Part shown: positions 46,170 to 55,452 of the stretch, in pieces
Position numbering within the stretch: the first letter of the stretch is position 1
Layout: each line of letters starts with the position of its first letter
Assembly (NCBI GenBank): GCA_015059335.1
Contig: SVAP01000001.1
Span: forward strand, 130,413 to 194,412
Source: Bacillota bacterium
GTDB taxonomy: Bacteria > Bacillota_I > Bacilli_A > RF39 > UBA660
Direction of reading: 5' to 3'
DNA length: 64,000 nt
The notes under the pieces: model-generated
What the model saw: only the letters and a program-made list of their open reading frames with translations
What the model was told of the DNA's origin: nothing
Databases searched by the model: none
Made by a program: the position numbers and the translations under genes

Positions 46170-48338
46170 ATGAATGAATTAATAATTAAAGAGATAAGTA
46201 CAAACTTAAAAGTTAGTGAAAAACAAATTATAAGTACATTAAAATTATTAGAAGAAGGAAACACTATACCTTTTATCGCACGATATAGAAAAGAAGTAAC
46301 TGGTTCTTTAGATGAAGAACAAATAAGAAGTATAAGTGAAGTATATGAATATCAAGTAAACTTATTAAAAAGAAAAGAAGATGTTATTAGATTAATTGAT
46401 GAAAAAGGTTTACTTACTGATGAATTAAAACAAAAAATATTATCTGCTGAAAAATTAGTAGACGTAGAAGACTTATATAGACCTTACAAAGAAAAAAAGA
46501 AAACTAAAGCTACAGAAGCTATCAACAATGGTCTAGAACCACTTGCTAAAATTATTATGTCATTTAAAGTAAATGGAACACTAGAAGAGTTAACTAAAAA
46601 ATTCCTAAATGATAAAGTTAAAACTAGTGAAGAAGCTATACAAGGTGCGAAATATATTATTGCAGAATGGATAAGTGATAATGCAAGTTATAGAAAATGG
46701 ATTAGAAACTATACAATGAGAAATGCGATAGTTGTTACTAAAAAGAAAAAAGATGCTGAAGATGAAAAGAAAGTATATGAAATGTATTATGATTATACTG
46801 AGTGTTTGAGAACTATTAAACCACATAGATATCTTGCGATTAATCGTGGTGAAAAGGAAAAGATTATATCAGTATCAATGGATATAAATAAAGATGAAAT
46901 CTTAAATAATCTTTATAGCAGAATAATAAAAGACGAAAAAAGTATAGTAACTGATATAGTTAAGGATGCCATTAATGATAGTTATAAAAGATTAATTGCG
47001 CCTAGTATTGAAAGAGAAATTAGAAGTGAGATATTTGATAATGCGGAAGAAGTCGCAATAGATATATTTGCTAAAAATTTAGAAAAACTATTACTTACAC
47101 CACCAATGAAAGAAAAACACGTATTAGGTCTTGATCCGGCTTATAGAACTGGATGTAAACTTGCAGTATTAGATAAAACAGGAAAACCATTAAATATAAG
47201 TGTTATATATCCACATGAACCAAAGAATGAATATGATAAAGCAAAAAAACATGTATTAGATTTAATTGACAAATATAATATAGATATTATCGCAATAGGT
47301 AATGGTACTGCATCAAGAGAGAGTGAAGCTTTTGCTGCTGATGTAATTAAAGAAGCTAATAGAAAAGTAGAATATATAATTGTAAATGAAGCAGGTGCTT
47401 CAGTGTATTCAGCAAGTAAACTAGCGATTAAAGAATTTCCTGATTTACATGTAGAAGAAAGAAGTGCAATAAGCATTGGTAGAAGATTACAGGACCCACT
47501 TAGTGAACTTGTTAAAATCGATACAAAAAGTATTGGAGTAGGTCAATATCAACATGATGTTTCTAGTAAAAAATTAAATGAATCATTAGATTTTGTTGTA
47601 AGCAAGTCAGTTAACCAAGTAGGTGTAAATATAAATACAGCAAGCGCATCACTATTACAATATGTATCAGGATTAAGTAAAAAATTAATTGATAATATAC
47701 TTGAATATAGGGATAAATATGGCAAGTTTATGTCAAGAGAAGAACTAAAGAAAATTAAATCAATGGGTGATAAATCTTATGAACAATCAATTGGATTTAT
47801 AAGAATTATTGATGGAACTAACCCATTAGATCAGACTTCAATTCACCCTGAAAGTTATGATTCAACTATAAAATTATTAAAAGAATTAAATTTAGATATC
47901 AAAGATATAGGTAGTGATAAATTAAGTGACACATTAGATGAAATTAATATCGATGAATATACTAGTAAATTAAATATTGATAAATATACTTTAGAAGATA
48001 TTATAAAATCATTAAAACAACCACTAAGAGATCCTCGTGATAACTTTGAAAAACCTTTACTTAAAAGTGATATTTTAAAAATAGAAGATTTAAAAATCGG
48101 AATGAAATTACAAGGTACAGTAAGAAATGTTGTTGATTTTGGTGTTTTTATCGATATTGGTTTAAAAAATGATGGACTTGCTCATATTTCTAAACTCACT
48201 ACAAATTATATAAAACACCCAATGGAAGTTGTGAGTGTAGGTGATATTGTAGATTGTTATGTTGATGATATTTTCATTGATAAAAATAAAGTGGCATTAT
48301 CATTATTAGATCCAACAAAAAACATAAAGACTAATTAA
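46170..48338 (+). CDS. tex: Tex-like transcription accessory protein (YqgF/HhH/S1 domains)
   Basis: N-terminal IPFIARYRKE motif, central RuvC-like region GLDPAYRTG, C-terminal S1 domain. Confidence 0.9.
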   Translation: MNELIIKEISTNLKVSEKQIISTLKLLEEGNTIPFIARYRKEVTGSLDEEQIRSISEVYEYQVNLLKRKEDVIRLIDEKGLLTDELKQKILSAEKLVDVEDLYRPYKEKKKTKATEAINNGLEPLAKIIMSFKVNGTLEELTKKFLNDKVKTSEEAIQGAKYIIAEWISDNASYRKWIRNYTMRNAIVVTKKKKDAEDEKKVYEMYYDYTECLRTIKPHRYLAINRGEKEKIISVSMDINKDEILNNLYSRIIKDEKSIVTDIVKDAINDSYKRLIAPSIEREIRSEIFDNAEEVAIDIFAKNLEKLLLTPPMKEKHVLGLDPAYRTGCKLAVLDKTGKPLNISVIYPHEPKNEYDKAKKHVLDLIDKYNIDIIAIGNGTASRESEAFAADVIKEANRKVEYIIVNEAGASVYSASKLAIKEFPDLHVEERSAISIGRRLQDPLSELVKIDTKSIGVGQYQHDVSSKKLNESLDFVVSKSVNQVGVNINTASASLLQYVSGLSKKLIDNILEYRDKYGKFMSREELKKIKSMGDKSYEQSIGFIRIIDGTNPLDQTSIHPESYDSTIKLLKELNLDIKDIGSDKLSDTLDEINIDEYTSKLNIDKYTLEDIIKSLKQPLRDPRDNFEKPLLKSDILKIEDLKIGMKLQGTVRNVVDFGVFIDIGLKNDGLAHISKLTTNYIKHPMEVVSVGDIVDCYVDDIFIDKNKVALSLLDPTKNIKTN

Positions 48339-49411
48339 TCTTTATGTTTTTCTATTATCCTTTTATTTTCTTTTAATCTTTCATCATTAGGATTAATTTC
48401 TATTGCCTTATTAATATGTTCTAAACTTTCTTCAAACATTCCCAAATTATAACAACATATAGATGAAATATCATAGATAGTACTATCCCAACAGAAGTTT
48501 TCGTTGATATAAGATTTAGTCTTATCTTTAATTTTTAATGCCTTATTTATCATATCATAAGCTTTATCAAAATTATTTTGTGAATATTCTAAATAAGCCA
48601 TTTCAACGTAAGGTTCTCTTAAATATGGTGTTTCATTAATTGCCTTAGTAAGCCACATTCTTGCTTCATCATATCTTTTTAGATTAACATATGCTCTTGA
48701 AATAAAACGCATAGAGGCACTTCTTTCGTCTTTCCAAGTGGCCTTTTCTAAACTCAAGTGTTTAATTAATGTATCAATACATTCATTCCACTTACCATAA
48801 TACATATATTCCCTTCCTAGATAATGCATATTTCTGTCATCAGTAGGATCTTCTTTAACAGAAAGCTCTAATAAAGATAAATATTGACCTCTTGACTTAT
48901 TTGAATCAGGATAATGATTTAGAGTAATAATATCATCAGTTTTAACAATTTCTTCATTATTACCAATATAAGTTAATACTTCATGTACAGGATGTGTCCA
49001 AATATAGTCATTTCTTGTATGAATCTTTTCAATGTAAAAATTAACAGATGGCTTATTATATTTATCAAAACTCCAATTATAGTTGTATGCTATTCTAGTG
49101 ATATCTTTTTCCCATATTTCTTCTAATCTTTTTCTCCAACCTTTATCAAATACCTCATCTAAATCAGTACATACACATATATCGACATCTTCTGGAACTA
49201 ATTTTAAAGATTCATTTCGTGCAACATCAAATCTCCAAGGTTTTATCCTTTTTACTCTAACTTTAACACCTCTTTTTTTTAGTTTATTAACAGTTTTATC
49301 TTTTGATCCTGTATCTAAAACATATATTTCATCTGCCTCATTCATAGAATCAACCCATCTATCTACAAACTGTTCTTCATTTTTACAAATCGCATATACA
49401 CAAATTTTCAT
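48335..49411 (-). CDS. family 2 glycosyltransferase with C-terminal TPR repeats
   Basis: KICVYAICKNEE..DTGSKD..CTDLDE GT2 pattern, then TPR-like repeats; convergent 4-nt overlap with tex. Confidence 0.6.
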   Translation of the reverse strand: MKICVYAICKNEEQFVDRWVDSMNEADEIYVLDTGSKDKTVNKLKKRGVKVRVKRIKPWRFDVARNESLKLVPEDVDICVCTDLDEVFDKGWRKRLEEIWEKDITRIAYNYNWSFDKYNKPSVNFYIEKIHTRNDYIWTHPVHEVLTYIGNNEEIVKTDDIITLNHYPDSNKSRGQYLSLLELSVKEDPTDDRNMHYLGREYMYYGKWNECIDTLIKHLSLEKATWKDERSASMRFISRAYVNLKRYDEARMWLTKAINETPYLREPYVEMAYLEYSQNNFDKAYDMINKALKIKDKTKSYINENFCWDSTIYDISSICCYNLGMFEESLEHINKAIEINPNDERLKENKRIIEKHKD

Positions 49412-49520
49412 TATTTCCTCCTACAATAAGATATGCATATATGTGATTAAGTTATATTTAATAAGCCAATACGTATTGTAAAAAAAATAATATATTATTA
49501 CTGTAGAAGGAGGTGAAACA

Positions 49521-50501
49521 TTGGAAAAGAAAGGAATTGATGTATCATATCATCAAGGTACAATTAATTGGGAACTAGTAAAACCAAATATTGATTTTGC
49601 GATACTTCGTTGTGGTTATGGAAAAGATATTGTAAATCAAGATGACAAAGAATTTGTAAAAAACGCTAATGAATGTACTAGATTAGGAATCCCATTTGGT
49701 GTATATTTATATAGTTATGCTAAAAATACAAGTGATGCTGCAAGTGAAGCAAACCATGTGTTAAGATTAATCAAAAATTATAAATTAGAATATCCAGTAT
49801 TTTATGATGTTGAAGATAGAATACAAGAGCCATTAACTAATGAACAATTAACTAATATTTGTACTACTTTTTGTAATATATTAGAGGAAAACAATTATTA
49901 TGTTGGAATCTATGCTAATCTATTTTGGTTAACTACTAAACTTAATTCTGCTGAATTAGATAAATATGATAAGTGGCTAGCAGAATGGAGAAGTGAACCA
50001 AGTTACACTAAACCATATGGAATGTGGCAATATACAAGTAATGGAACTATAAATGGAATAAACACAAGGGTCGATATGAATGTTGCATATAAGGATTATC
50101 CTAAAATAATTAGAGATAATAATTTAAACAATCTTGAATCTGAATTATTAGAAATAACTTATACTGTTGTAAAAGGTGATAGCCTATGGAAAATTGGTAA
50201 TATGTATGGTGTGAAATGGATTGATATTGCTAAATTAAACAATATAAAAATCCCATATATAATAAAACCAGGTCAAGTATTAAGAATACCTGTTAATAAT
50301 ACTATACAAGATTTTAAAATTGGAGATAAAGTAGAGTTTGTTAATGATTGGAACATATATACAAGTAATAGTAGTAATACACCAATAAAAGCTAAATACA
50401 ATGGTGGGACAATTACTAAAATATATCCAGATTCGTTAAATCAACTTCAATTAAATAATAATAGAGGATATGTTAGAAAATCAGATGTTAAAAAAATATA
50501 A
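49521..50501 (+). CDS. GH25 muramidase with LysM and SH3-like C-terminal domains (TTG start)
   Basis: GIDVSYHQGTINW GH25 start; LysM YTVVKGDSLWKIGNMYGV. Confidence 0.85.
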   Translation: MEKKGIDVSYHQGTINWELVKPNIDFAILRCGYGKDIVNQDDKEFVKNANECTRLGIPFGVYLYSYAKNTSDAASEANHVLRLIKNYKLEYPVFYDVEDRIQEPLTNEQLTNICTTFCNILEENNYYVGIYANLFWLTTKLNSAELDKYDKWLAEWRSEPSYTKPYGMWQYTSNGTINGINTRVDMNVAYKDYPKIIRDNNLNNLESELLEITYTVVKGDSLWKIGNMYGVKWIDIAKLNNIKIPYIIKPGQVLRIPVNNTIQDFKIGDKVEFVNDWNIYTSNSSNTPIKAKYNGGTITKIYPDSLNQLQLNNNRGYVRKSDVKKI

Positions 50502-50783
50502 AAACAAGGAAAATGTCTTATATAGACATTTTTCTTTAAATATTAAAAAGTCGAACTTTTATTACAACTAAAAATAATTTTCGATATTATAGATAAGAAA
50601 ATTAGAAACATCAAACATTAATTCAAACGTAAAAATTTGTCATACTTAAGAAGTAATGTTATATTAAGAGACGATTTATTTTATAATAAAATGAGAATCT
50701 ATATGTAAATATACTAAAAGCAGTATAAATATGATATAATTATTATGATAGAATATGTTGTAAAAATGTTTGGAGTGAACTAA

Positions 50784-51680
50784 ATGGATATAGAGGAATT
50801 AGAAAAATTAAGAATTAAAGCAAAAAAAATTGTTTTAATAGGTGGTTTTTGCTCAATAATATTTGGTATATTTTTGTTTTATATAACAAAATTATTTCCA
50901 ACATTATTTATAGGAGTTGTTGTTGGAATTATAATAACACTTATAATAAGTTCTAAACCTAGTAAAATGTTTACTATGGCATTTAAAGAAAAGTTTGTTT
51001 TAAAATCACTAAAAAACATATTTACTGATTTAAAATATCAACCAGAAATAGGTATTGATGAATCAACAATAAGGGATACACAAATGATGGATATGGGAGA
51101 CCGTTATTCATCAAATGATTATATTTCTGCAAAGTATAAAAACATAGCTGTTATTCAATCGGATGTTCACATTGAAGAAAAACATGAAACAAGGGATAGT
51201 GATGGAAATAAAAGAACAACATGGGTTACGATTTTCAGAGGAAGATGGATGATTTTTGATTTTAATAAAAATTTTAAAGCAAATATTCAAGTTTCACAAA
51301 AAGGATTTGGTAATTCAAGGATTAATAATTGGGGAAATAAATTGAAGTATAAAAAAATCATGATGGAAGATCAAGTGTTTAATAATCAATTTAGAATTTA
51401 TGCTCAAAATGAACATGATGCATTTTATGTTTTAACACCATCATTAATGGAAAAAATTAAAAGTTTAACAAATACTATTAATGGTAAAATACTGTTATGT
51501 TTTATAGATAATAAATTGCATGTTGGAATACAAAATAACAAAGATTCATTTGAACACAGTATTTTCAAAAAGATCAATGAAGATAAAGTTATTGAAGAAA
51601 TATCAAAAGATATAAAATTAATTACAAATTTTGTTGACGAGTTAGATTTAGATAATGACTTGTTTAGAAAGGAGGTGTAG
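50784..51680 (+). CDS. DUF3137-like membrane protein
   Basis: Two N-terminal TM helices and the usual pairing with a downstream LemA gene. Confidence 0.45.
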   Translation: MDIEELEKLRIKAKKIVLIGGFCSIIFGIFLFYITKLFPTLFIGVVVGIIITLIISSKPSKMFTMAFKEKFVLKSLKNIFTDLKYQPEIGIDESTIRDTQMMDMGDRYSSNDYISAKYKNIAVIQSDVHIEEKHETRDSDGNKRTTWVTIFRGRWMIFDFNKNFKANIQVSQKGFGNSRINNWGNKLKYKKIMMEDQVFNNQFRIYAQNEHDAFYVLTPSLMEKIKSLTNTINGKILLCFIDNKLHVGIQNNKDSFEHSIFKKINEDKVIEEISKDIKLITNFVDELDLDNDLFRKEV

Positions 51681-51681
51681 T

Positions 51682-52233
51682 ATGAATCCAATATATGTTG
51701 TATTAATTGCGATTGCGATTATAGCGCTTATATTTGTAGTATGGTATATTTCTACTTCAAATAAATTAAATATATTAGTTGTAAAAGTTGATGAATCTTT
51801 GTCAGGAATTGATATTGCTTTAACTAAAAGATATGATGTATTAACAAAAATGATAGATGTTGTTAAGGCTTATTCCAAACATGAAAAAGAAACACTTTTT
51901 GAGGTGATTAAATTAAGAGATAATATGTCATTAAAAGAAAAAAGTAATGTTAATCATGCAATGGATGAAAATTTGAAAAAAATTAATATTATTGCAGAAA
52001 ATTATCCTGAACTAAAATCAAGTGAAAACTATCAAACATTACAACAATCTATTGCTGATGTTGAAGAACACTTACAAGCAGCAAGAAGATTATATAATTC
52101 TAATGTTTCTTTATATAATCAACAATTAGTTACATTCCCAACAAGTGTTGTTGCTAAAAACAAAGGAATGACAAAAAAAGATTTCTTTGAAATTGATGAA
52201 ATCAAGAGAAACGATGTAAAAATTGAATTATAA
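51682..52233 (+). CDS. lemA: LemA family protein
   Basis: TM helix followed by the LemA pattern (..RYDVLTKM..AENYPELKSSENY..LQ..). ATG 51682 behind AAGGAGG is preferred to 51655. Confidence 0.8.
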   Translation: MNPIYVVLIAIAIIALIFVVWYISTSNKLNILVVKVDESLSGIDIALTKRYDVLTKMIDVVKAYSKHEKETLFEVIKLRDNMSLKEKSNVNHAMDENLKKINIIAENYPELKSSENYQTLQQSIADVEEHLQAARRLYNSNVSLYNQQLVTFPTSVVAKNKGMTKKDFFEIDEIKRNDVKIEL

Positions 52234-52384
52234 AGTAAAAAAAATATGAACAATATTGTCCATATTTTTTATTATGTAAAAGAAGCATTTATAAAAAAAT
52301 GTCTAATAATCATACATAACTATTTACACTTAATTATATTTTTAATATAATTTTAATATACTGATTAGTAGAAGGAGAAATAAA

Positions 52385-53194
52385 ATGATTGAAATTTTAC
52401 AAAACATATTATTAGGAATTGTACAAGGAATAGGGGAGTTTTTACCTATATCAAGTTCTGCACATTTAGTCTTGATACCATATCTTTTTAATTTTCCTGA
52501 ACACTCACTTGCATTTGATGTAGCGCTTCATTTTGGAACATTAATTGCAGTAGTTATGGTGTTTTGGAAAGACTGGTTAACATTAGTTAAAGGAGTATTT
52601 AACAAGGTTGTTCATAAAAAAGATTCATTTGAAAACAAAATGTTTTGGTATCTAGTAATTGCAACTATACCTGGTGCTTTAATAGGTAAACTATTAGAGG
52701 ATTATATAGAAACAGTATTTAGAAAGTTACCAGTACTGATAGCTGTTGCTTTAGCTGTTATGGGTGTATTAATATATATAGGTGATAAGTGGGCTGAAAA
52801 ACACTATAAAAAACAAACATCATATGAAAAATTATCATTAAAACAAACATTCTTAATAGGATTTAGTCAAGCACTTGCAATATTCCCGGGATTTTCAAGA
52901 TCAGGAACAACAATGCTTGTTGGAAGATTATTAGGTGCATCAAGAGAAGCATGTGCTAAATTTTCTTTTATGCTATCAACACCAATTATTTTTGGAGCGA
53001 CAATTTTAAAATTTAGTGATTTATTAGCTGAATTTAATTTAAACCTAATTGTAGGTATAGTAACCTCTGCAATATTTGGAATATTAAGTATTAAATTCCT
53101 ATTAAACTATATTAGAAAAAATGACTTTGCAGTATTTGCATATTATCGACTAATATTTGCAGCTATAGTAATAATAAAATTTATATTAATATAA
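52385..53194 (+). CDS. uppP: undecaprenyl-diphosphate phosphatase
   Basis: ISSSAHL and PGFSRSG motifs. Confidence 0.9.
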   Translation: MIEILQNILLGIVQGIGEFLPISSSAHLVLIPYLFNFPEHSLAFDVALHFGTLIAVVMVFWKDWLTLVKGVFNKVVHKKDSFENKMFWYLVIATIPGALIGKLLEDYIETVFRKLPVLIAVALAVMGVLIYIGDKWAEKHYKKQTSYEKLSLKQTFLIGFSQALAIFPGFSRSGTTMLVGRLLGASREACAKFSFMLSTPIIFGATILKFSDLLAEFNLNLIVGIVTSAIFGILSIKFLLNYIRKNDFAVFAYYRLIFAAIVIIKFILI

Positions 53195-53465
53195 TTCCAA
53201 GAGTAATCTTGGTTTTTTAATTTAAACAATAATTAAAAGAGATGATATCATCTCTTAAAAGTTTTCGGAGTGAGAATTTATTGTATAATTTATGACAAAA
53301 GAAACATGTTATTCTTCTTTTTGTCCAACGTAAGGTTTGTAAACTTTATTATCTTTTTAGTTATATTTTTTTAATAACTATAGTTTGTATATAATCATTT
53401 ACCATCTCCTTTCTTCATAATTTAATTATAGAAAACGAATATGGTAAAATTATGTGATAATAAAC

Positions 53466-53990
53466 TTAAATTGTGAAATTTTTTATCAAATTAAATAAAT
53501 CAATATGTAATTGATCTCCACCAAATACTAATGTTTTATCTTTTTTCTTTATACGTTTTATCAAGTTATCTATACTATAATATTTAACTTCTGATAATTC
53601 CTCAGTTTGTAATATATAATCACTTACTTTTTTATTTGTTTTCACTAAATAAATATATATAAAAGCTCTATTAGAGGGTACATTTTTAACATATATTTCA
53701 ATAAATCTTAAATCTTTTTGATATACATGTAATCCAATTTCCTCTTTTAATTCTCTAACTGCTGTTGCTTTTGGTGTATCACCACTCATCACATGTCCTG
53801 CCATTAATCCCCATTTACCAGGATAATTATGCCTCTTATAACTTCTTTTTTGTAATAATATTTGATTTTTGTCATTCATTACAATAACAACTGATTCATG
53901 GTGCCACATTCCTTTTTCATGTGCTTCTTTTCTGTCCATAACTGTACCAGTTGATTTATTATTTTCATCGTATATATCTATTAATTCCAT
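53466..53990 (-). CDS. NUDIX hydrolase
   Basis: Nudix box GHVMSGDTPKATAVRELKEEIGL; ATG 53990 behind GGAG. Confidence 0.75.
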   Translation of the reverse strand: MELIDIYDENNKSTGTVMDRKEAHEKGMWHHESVVIVMNDKNQILLQKRSYKRHNYPGKWGLMAGHVMSGDTPKATAVRELKEEIGLHVYQKDLRFIEIYVKNVPSNRAFIYIYLVKTNKKVSDYILQTEELSEVKYYSIDNLIKRIKKKDKTLVFGGDQLHIDLFNLIKNFTI

Positions 53991-54003
53991 GTATAACTCC
54001 ATT

Positions 54004-54702
54004 CTATATTTTTTCTATATAATCTATATATTCATATACACTATTAAAATGCTTATTACAATGTTGTTTTAAATCGTCAGTAGAATTAATCATACAAACA
54101 CCATTATATTCTTTAATCATTGGTATATCATTAATAGTATCACCAATTGTATATATATCATGTTTATCTAAATTTAAATAGCTTTGAATATATTTGATTC
54201 CATTTGCTTTAGTAACAGTTTTTTCTGTAATATTAATCCAATTATCACTTATATAACCATGTATTTCAGGATAATTACTTTCTAATAATTTTAATATTTC
54301 TAATGATTTTAATCTATCAATATCCCTAATAATAATTGCATTAACTTCAGTTTTTATTGATTTAGTATAATCATAACCACTATCAATATATGTTATATCT
54401 TCTAAATTATTAGTCTTTACATATTTCATTATATCATTAGCAATATTAATTGGAATATCTTTTTTATATAATAATTTTCCATTATTATCAAATATTGTAC
54501 CACCATCATTACATATTAAATAATTATATGGTATATTATATTTTATTATCATTTTACTTATATCTATATAACTTCTACCAGTTGCGATAATAAATATATT
54601 TCCGAGATTTATAAAATCTTTAATCTTATTAATATTTTGAATTATTTGATTATCATCCACATATAATGTATTATCAAAGTCACTAATTAATACCTTTGAC
54701 AT
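54004..54702 (-). CDS. Cof-type HAD-IIB family hydrolase
   Basis: ISDFDNTLY motif I and GDTINDIPM motif IV; ATG 54702 behind AAGGAAG. Confidence 0.8.
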   Translation of the reverse strand: MSKVLISDFDNTLYVDDNQIIQNINKIKDFINLGNIFIIATGRSYIDISKMIIKYNIPYNYLICNDGGTIFDNNGKLLYKKDIPINIANDIMKYVKTNNLEDITYIDSGYDYTKSIKTEVNAIIIRDIDRLKSLEILKLLESNYPEIHGYISDNWINITEKTVTKANGIKYIQSYLNLDKHDIYTIGDTINDIPMIKEYNGVCMINSTDDLKQHCNKHFNSVYEYIDYIEKI

Positions 54703-54763
54703 AGTATCTTCCTTTCTACTATAATACATTATATCAGATTTTAAAAAAAATTTACTATTTTTA

Positions 54764-54791
54764 TTGACTTTTGTATTAATTATGGTATAAT
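54764..54791 (+). promoter_or_regulatory. tRNA-Gly promoter TTGACT-16-TATAAT
   Basis: Hexamers at 54764-54769 and 54786-54791, about 20 nt before the tRNA. Confidence 0.5.
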
Positions 54792-54811
54792 TTAAATTGT
54801 CAATTCGATTT

Positions 54812-54885
54812 GCGGATGTAGTTTAATGGTAGAACCTCAGCCTTCCAAGCTGACTGCGTGGGTCCGATTCCCATCATCCGCTCCA
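54812..54885 (+). tRNA. tRNA-Gly(UCC), CCA-encoded, with atypical T-loop TCCGATT
   Basis: Manual cloverleaf: GCGGATG/CATCCGC acceptor, GTTT/GAAC D-stem, TCAGC-CTTCCAA-GCTGA anticodon arm, GTGGG-TCCGATT-CCCAT T-arm. Confidence 0.85.
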
Positions 54886-54895
54886 TTTGAAATCA

Positions 54896-54928
54896 ACTTA
54901 CGAACCAATATGGTTTGTAAGTTTTTTT
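54896..54928 (+). terminator. intrinsic terminator after tRNA-Gly
   Basis: ACTTAC..GTAAGT stem with inner GAACC/GGTTT pairs plus T-run. Confidence 0.6.
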
Positions 54929-54970
54929 AATACTTAAATGTTCTCTTTCAAGAAAGGAGGACATTTTTTT

Positions 54971-55255
54971 ATGCTTGAATTTAAAACATTAGAAATACTT
55001 AAACCAAATACTGAGGTTCTAGAACTAATTAAAGGCTATACCTACAAAACTAAAAATGGTAAGGTTAAACACTTAGAAAAAACTAATCTACAATTTGTTG
55101 AACCCACAGAATACATAATTACAGAACCTATTACTCTTACAATATTAGAATACAAAGTAAATGAGATTAGTAATAAACCATTTTATATTAAAGAATACAA
55201 CAAGAAATATAATCTTAAAGAACTCAAATCAATTCTACAAAAATTAACCAATTGA
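54971..55255 (+). CDS. small conserved protein paired with the serine recombinase (homologue of 17649..17924)
   Basis: ATG 54971 behind AAGGAGG; sequence similarity to the island-1 small ORF. Confidence 0.55.
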   Translation: MLEFKTLEILKPNTEVLELIKGYTYKTKNGKVKHLEKTNLQFVEPTEYIITEPITLTILEYKVNEISNKPFYIKEYNKKYNLKELKSILQKLTN

Positions 55256-55280
55256 CTTATGTAATGAAATAAATTATAAT
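55252..55280 (+). promoter_or_regulatory. consensus promoter TTGACT-17-TATAAT for the recombinase leader
   Basis: The -35 overlaps the TGA stop of the small ORF; exact TATAAT at 55275-55280. Confidence 0.55.
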
Positions 55281-55321
55281 GAAACCAAGTTAGGAAGTCT
55301 ATACATCGGAGGTAATCACGT

Positions 55322-55384
55322 ATGAAGGTACTAAAATTTGGAAAATATTATAATTTAAAAAAATTACAAGTCATTGGTTATTAA
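55322..55384 (+). CDS. candidate leader peptide MKVLKFGKYYNLKKLQVIGY
   Basis: GGAGG 9 nt upstream of ATG. The last five codons form the terminator 5' arm and the stop TAA lies in the terminator loop. Confidence 0.4.
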   Translation: MKVLKFGKYYNLKKLQVIGY

Positions 55385-55401
55385 AAACCAGTGACTTTTT
55401 T
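55369..55401 (+). terminator. intrinsic terminator inside the recombinase 5' leader
   Basis: AGTCATTGGTT (55369-55379) pairs with AACCAGTGACT (55386-55396), followed by TTTTT. Confidence 0.6.
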
Positions 55402-55452
55402 GTTGGGAGTACAAATTCAGTGTTACGAATATACAAAAAGGAGATGATTTGA

